A stretch of DNA of 53,089 nucleotides from Catajapyx aquilonaris (Eukaryota), in the NCBI GenBank assembly GCA_000934665.2, contig JYFJ02002687.1:1-53089 (forward strand), given 5' to 3'. Position 1 is the first letter of the stretch. Each line of letters begins with the position of its first letter. This document shows positions 51,663 to 53,089 of the stretch, in pieces. The position numbers and the translations under genes were made by a program. The notes below the pieces were generated by a model, which was given only the letters and a program-made list of their open reading frames with translations, was not told where the DNA came from and ran no database searches.

Positions 51663-52286
51663 TCCAAAATGAAGAACCAAAGGAGGAAAAAAAAAGAATG
51701 ACAAGCTTAGGTTTTGGGCTAGCTTCTGTCAGACCACATAGTGATTATTTGGTATAGTTGAAGCATTTTCAAATTTCAACCCAGTTTCATTTTTCATCAT
51801 AACTTTTATTACTCTTCTTATTACTTTTTTTACTTGTAAAATGATACGTATCATTTCACATGTACAAAAAAATTCATTAAACCTTCCTTTTTGAAGTCAA
51901 AATGTGTTATATTTTTGAGTTATTTGTCAAATTAATTTTCAGTTACCCAACCCCATTCTGAAGTAGTAGTTATAGAATGTCATTCACTCTTGATGTATGA
52001 CTTATCAGAAGTTGAAGTCAGTAAAATCTCTCGCTTGAGAAATCTCACCCTCAGTGTAATTTAAATACCCAATACACACAAATTAGGTGTACGTGAATTA
52101 CTGACGATAGGTAGCAATTAGGCAGAATTTGAAGTAATGCAGTATAATACGCATTGTTTCGTCAGAGATTAACTTGTGAGTCGATGGTTATTTACACTAC
52201 ACTGTTGTGATGCTTCATAATTCTCTCTGAATAAGATCTCTGCAGCATCTTGTAACTTACTGCTTCGGTGGCAGGTCCCGTGAGAG

Positions 52287-52754
52287 TCAGGGAAGTTCAA
52301 AATTTGCACGGCCAGGTCCATTTTCCTGAGGATGGAAATTCACATCCTCGTTTGGTGTGCAAGAACTTACACTTCTCATTGCCGAGTTAAGTCTTTCTAG
52401 TGAGAGGTACTCTGGTAAACGTCTTCTCTTCATCATACACTTGTCTGCTTCCTGAGACTTGGCTACTTGCTTCAGTAACTCAATCCCTTTCTCCACACAC
52501 GTGTCAGTCACATGCTTCTCTTGCCTTAGCATGTCTATGTAGAACTTGTCCTGGCAAACAATTAGAACAGACTCATAAATACTGCAGCAAGCATAAGTAA
52601 CATAATGACTTACGGAAGTGAGGTCACACTTCAAACGGGCCAACTCCTGATCTAATTGCTGTACTTCATCTTGTGTATACTGGTTCTTTTGTACAGCATC
52701 CTCAGGTAGTAGTACGTTGTCAGGTATTTTGAAGAGTTCCTCCTCCGCATAAAC
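52287..52754 (-). CDS. MIS12: Kinetochore protein Mis12-like, 3' exons (5' part beyond window end)
   Basis: Exon 52754-52614 VYAEEELFKIPDNVLLPEDAVQKNQYTQDEVQQLDQELARLKCDLTS resembles the Mis12 IPxNxLLPED motif plus coiled coil. The next exon starts at 52550 (DKFYIDMLRQE...) and is open to a stop at 52287; the 3' end is uncertain (possible donor near 52370). Confidence 0.65.
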   Translation of the reverse strand, partial: VYAEEELFKIPDNVLLPEDAVQKNQYTQDEVQQLDQELARLKCDLTSVSHYVTYACCSIYESVLIVCQDKFYIDMLRQEKHVTDTCVEKGIELLKQVAKSQEADKCMMKRRRLPEYLSLERLNSAMRSVSSCTPNEDVNFHPQENGPGRANFELP

Positions 52755-53089
52755 CTAGATTAGCACAGGGTGTAAGTTCATGTACGTACAGTTTTGGCTA
52801 GTGTAGCGTCCTGGAAACAGGATCGTTGATCGTTTCCTGGACGCTGAACTATTTATGTTATTTTGGTGTCCAGGGGTTTGTTGGGAATAAATGGGAGTTC
52901 TGAGTGAGACGTCGTCCTGGTCGGACGTCTGTCGTGGCTGTGTCCCGAGTGTGGGTCCTGCCAGCTGTGTGTATATACGTTTGAGAGCAGAATAGACGTG
53001 TGTTGGTTGGAGTTCCGAGTATTCCTTCGAGATGAGCGTCCCGGGCGGCGGTGGCCGCTTCATTGGTGTCAGAAGTGGGATGGAAGGAA

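Noticed and set aside
52755..53063. 102-aa ORF as the Mis12 N-terminus
   Set aside because: No Mis12-like N-terminal features; its stop coincides with the acceptor AG and a splice from it would need an implausibly short intron.
1..53089. CRISPR arrays, operons or prokaryotic defence systems
   Set aside because: The sequence is intron-containing animal DNA; no regularly spaced direct repeats were seen.

Overview
Eukaryotic (arthropod-like) genomic DNA with spliceosomal introns, not prokaryotic. Left part (1-~30.2 kb): CpG-rich, mostly non-coding, carrying the last two coding exons of a 5-HT2-type (5-HT2B/2beta-like) serotonin GPCR on + (6648-6880, 10052-12361). Right part (~30.2-53 kb): a compact, CpG-depleted gene cluster: proteasome Rpn2/PSMD1 (-, first 10 exons only), TAF9 (+), GPALPP1 (+), an Eiger/TNF-family ligand (+), CEP19 (-), pICln/CLNS1A (+) and the 3' part of a Mis12-like gene (-), plus MITEs, a tRNA-derived SINE and a mariner relic. 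Main observation: Rpn2/PSMD1 breaks off at a splice donor (30592) after the 65-nt exon [23 protein letters not shown] found no further Rpn2 exon in the remaining 30 kb, so the receptor appears nested antisense in a giant Rpn2 intron, like vertebrate HTR2B inside PSMD1 and apparently at the same intron position. All gene models were built by eye from GT/GC-AG sites, phase continuity and remembered protein motifs; no database searches were run.
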